This document shows, piece by piece, positions 62,815 to 64,000 of a stretch of DNA of 64,000 nt; the stretch's first letter is position 1; every line of letters begins with the position of its first letter. The DNA comes from Hydrolagus colliei (taxonomy: Eukaryota). The notes beneath the pieces were generated by a model. It searched no databases and had not been told where the DNA came from. It was given only the letters and a program-made list of their open reading frames with translations. The position numbers were made by a program, and so were the translations under genes. The stretch is from contig CM068769.1 of the NCBI GenBank assembly GCA_035084275.1, positions 186,001 through 250,000 on the forward strand, read 5' to 3'.

Positions 62815-63700
62815 TTGCAAGCCATCTGCAAGAGGATATAGACAAATTGGTAAAGTGGGCAGACACATGGCAGATGAAGTTTAATGCAGAGAAGTGTGAG
62901 GTGATGCATTTTGGCAGAAGAAATGAAGGGAGGCAATATAGGCTAGATAGTACAATTTTAAATGGTGTGAAGGAACAGAGAGACCTGGGGATTTGTGTTA
63001 GTGACTCGTTGAAGGTGGCAGGACAGGTAGACAAGGCTGTTAAGAAGGCATATGGGATACTAGGCTTTATAAATAGGGGTATAGAGTACAAAAGTCAGGA
63101 AGTGCTGACTAATCTCTATAGGACTTTGGTGAGGCCTCAGCTGGAATACTGTGTTCAATTCTGGTCACCACACTACAGAAAGGATGTGAAGGCATTGGAA
63201 AGGGTACAACGAAGATTTACTAGGATGGTGCCAGGATTGAGGGACTTCAGCTATGAGGAGAGGCTAGATAGGCTAGGGTTATTCTCTCTGGAGCAGAGAA
63301 GATTGAGGGGAGACCTAATAGAGGTTTATAAGATCATGAGGGGTTTCGACAGGGCAAATAGAGAAAAACTATTTCCACTCGTGGGTGAATCTGTGACTCG
63401 TGGTCACAGATTTAAAATAGTTTCAAGGCGCAGTAGAGGGGAGCTGAGGAGAAATTTTTTCACTCAGCGAGTTGTTCGAATCTGGAATGCATTGCCTGAA
63501 AAGGTGGTGGAGGCTGATTCGATAACAACTTTTAAAAGGGAATTAGATCTTTATTTAGGGAGAACGGGTCTATTAGGCTATGGGGAGCGGGCAGGGCAAT
63601 GGGATTGAATCGCTCTTTTCAAAGAGCCGGCACAGACTAGATGGGCCGAATGGCCTCCTTTTGTGCCGTAAAATTCTATGATTCTATGATTCTATGATTC
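62815..63700 (+). mobile_element. Young 5'-truncated CR1 LINE
   Basis: Uninterrupted ORF 62847-63608 (WQMKFNAEKCEVMHFG...RPQLEYCVQFWSP...RRLRGDLIEVYK) and an (ATTCTATG)n tail. Confidence 0.96.
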
Positions 63701-64000
63701 TATGAATTTGTCAGTCGTTTGAAAATGAAATTCCATCGATCTGCAAATGAAAAACAGTAATAATAATCCATGAATCTTATATAGCGCTTTGCACGTTTTC
63801 TACACGTCATAAAACGCTTCACAGAATATACTTTAATGTGAACTAACTGCGGATTTGTGGGTGAAACTCGACAGTCAATTGTGCACAGCAATCTTACAGT
63901 ATACATGGTTAAAGGAGACTCTGTTTTGAGATTACCCGTGGTACCAGCATTGACTGGATGGGCTGTCGGTAATGATATCTAGATGAACTAACCATATAGT

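Overview
Vertebrate genomic DNA, most likely from a cartilaginous fish (inferred from the TCR V types and the CR1/L2/tRNA-SINE repeat content). The window is part of the variable-gene array of a T-cell receptor alpha/delta locus. Nine minus-strand V segments or relics are present, each with a recognisable 22/23-bp-spacer RSS, and six leader exons were found. Three V genes look functional (exons ending at 19638, 23873 and 57649). Three are open but have lost a canonical residue or the heptamer, and three are pseudogenes or relics. One leader has no V exon. No D, J, C, IgHV-like or NAR-type segments were recognised. A V-free interval of about 28 kb (29.4-57.3 kb) contains the most unexpected feature, a non-rearranging LRC/LILR-like receptor gene on the minus strand. 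Its parts are a 36-nt signal-peptide mini-exon, an intact C2-type Ig exon, a disabled duplicate Ig exon, and a TM exon with the N-x-x-R motif of FcR-gamma-coupled activating receptors followed by a short tyrosine-free tail. A tandem pair of strong CTCF motifs lies at one edge of this interval. Three paralogous CRE/RFX/GC-box promoter modules and a hAT-like element also lie within it. The rest of the window is a Gypsy LTR element, CR1, L2 and RTE fragments, many copies of a tRNA-headed SINE, microsatellites and a 143-N gap.
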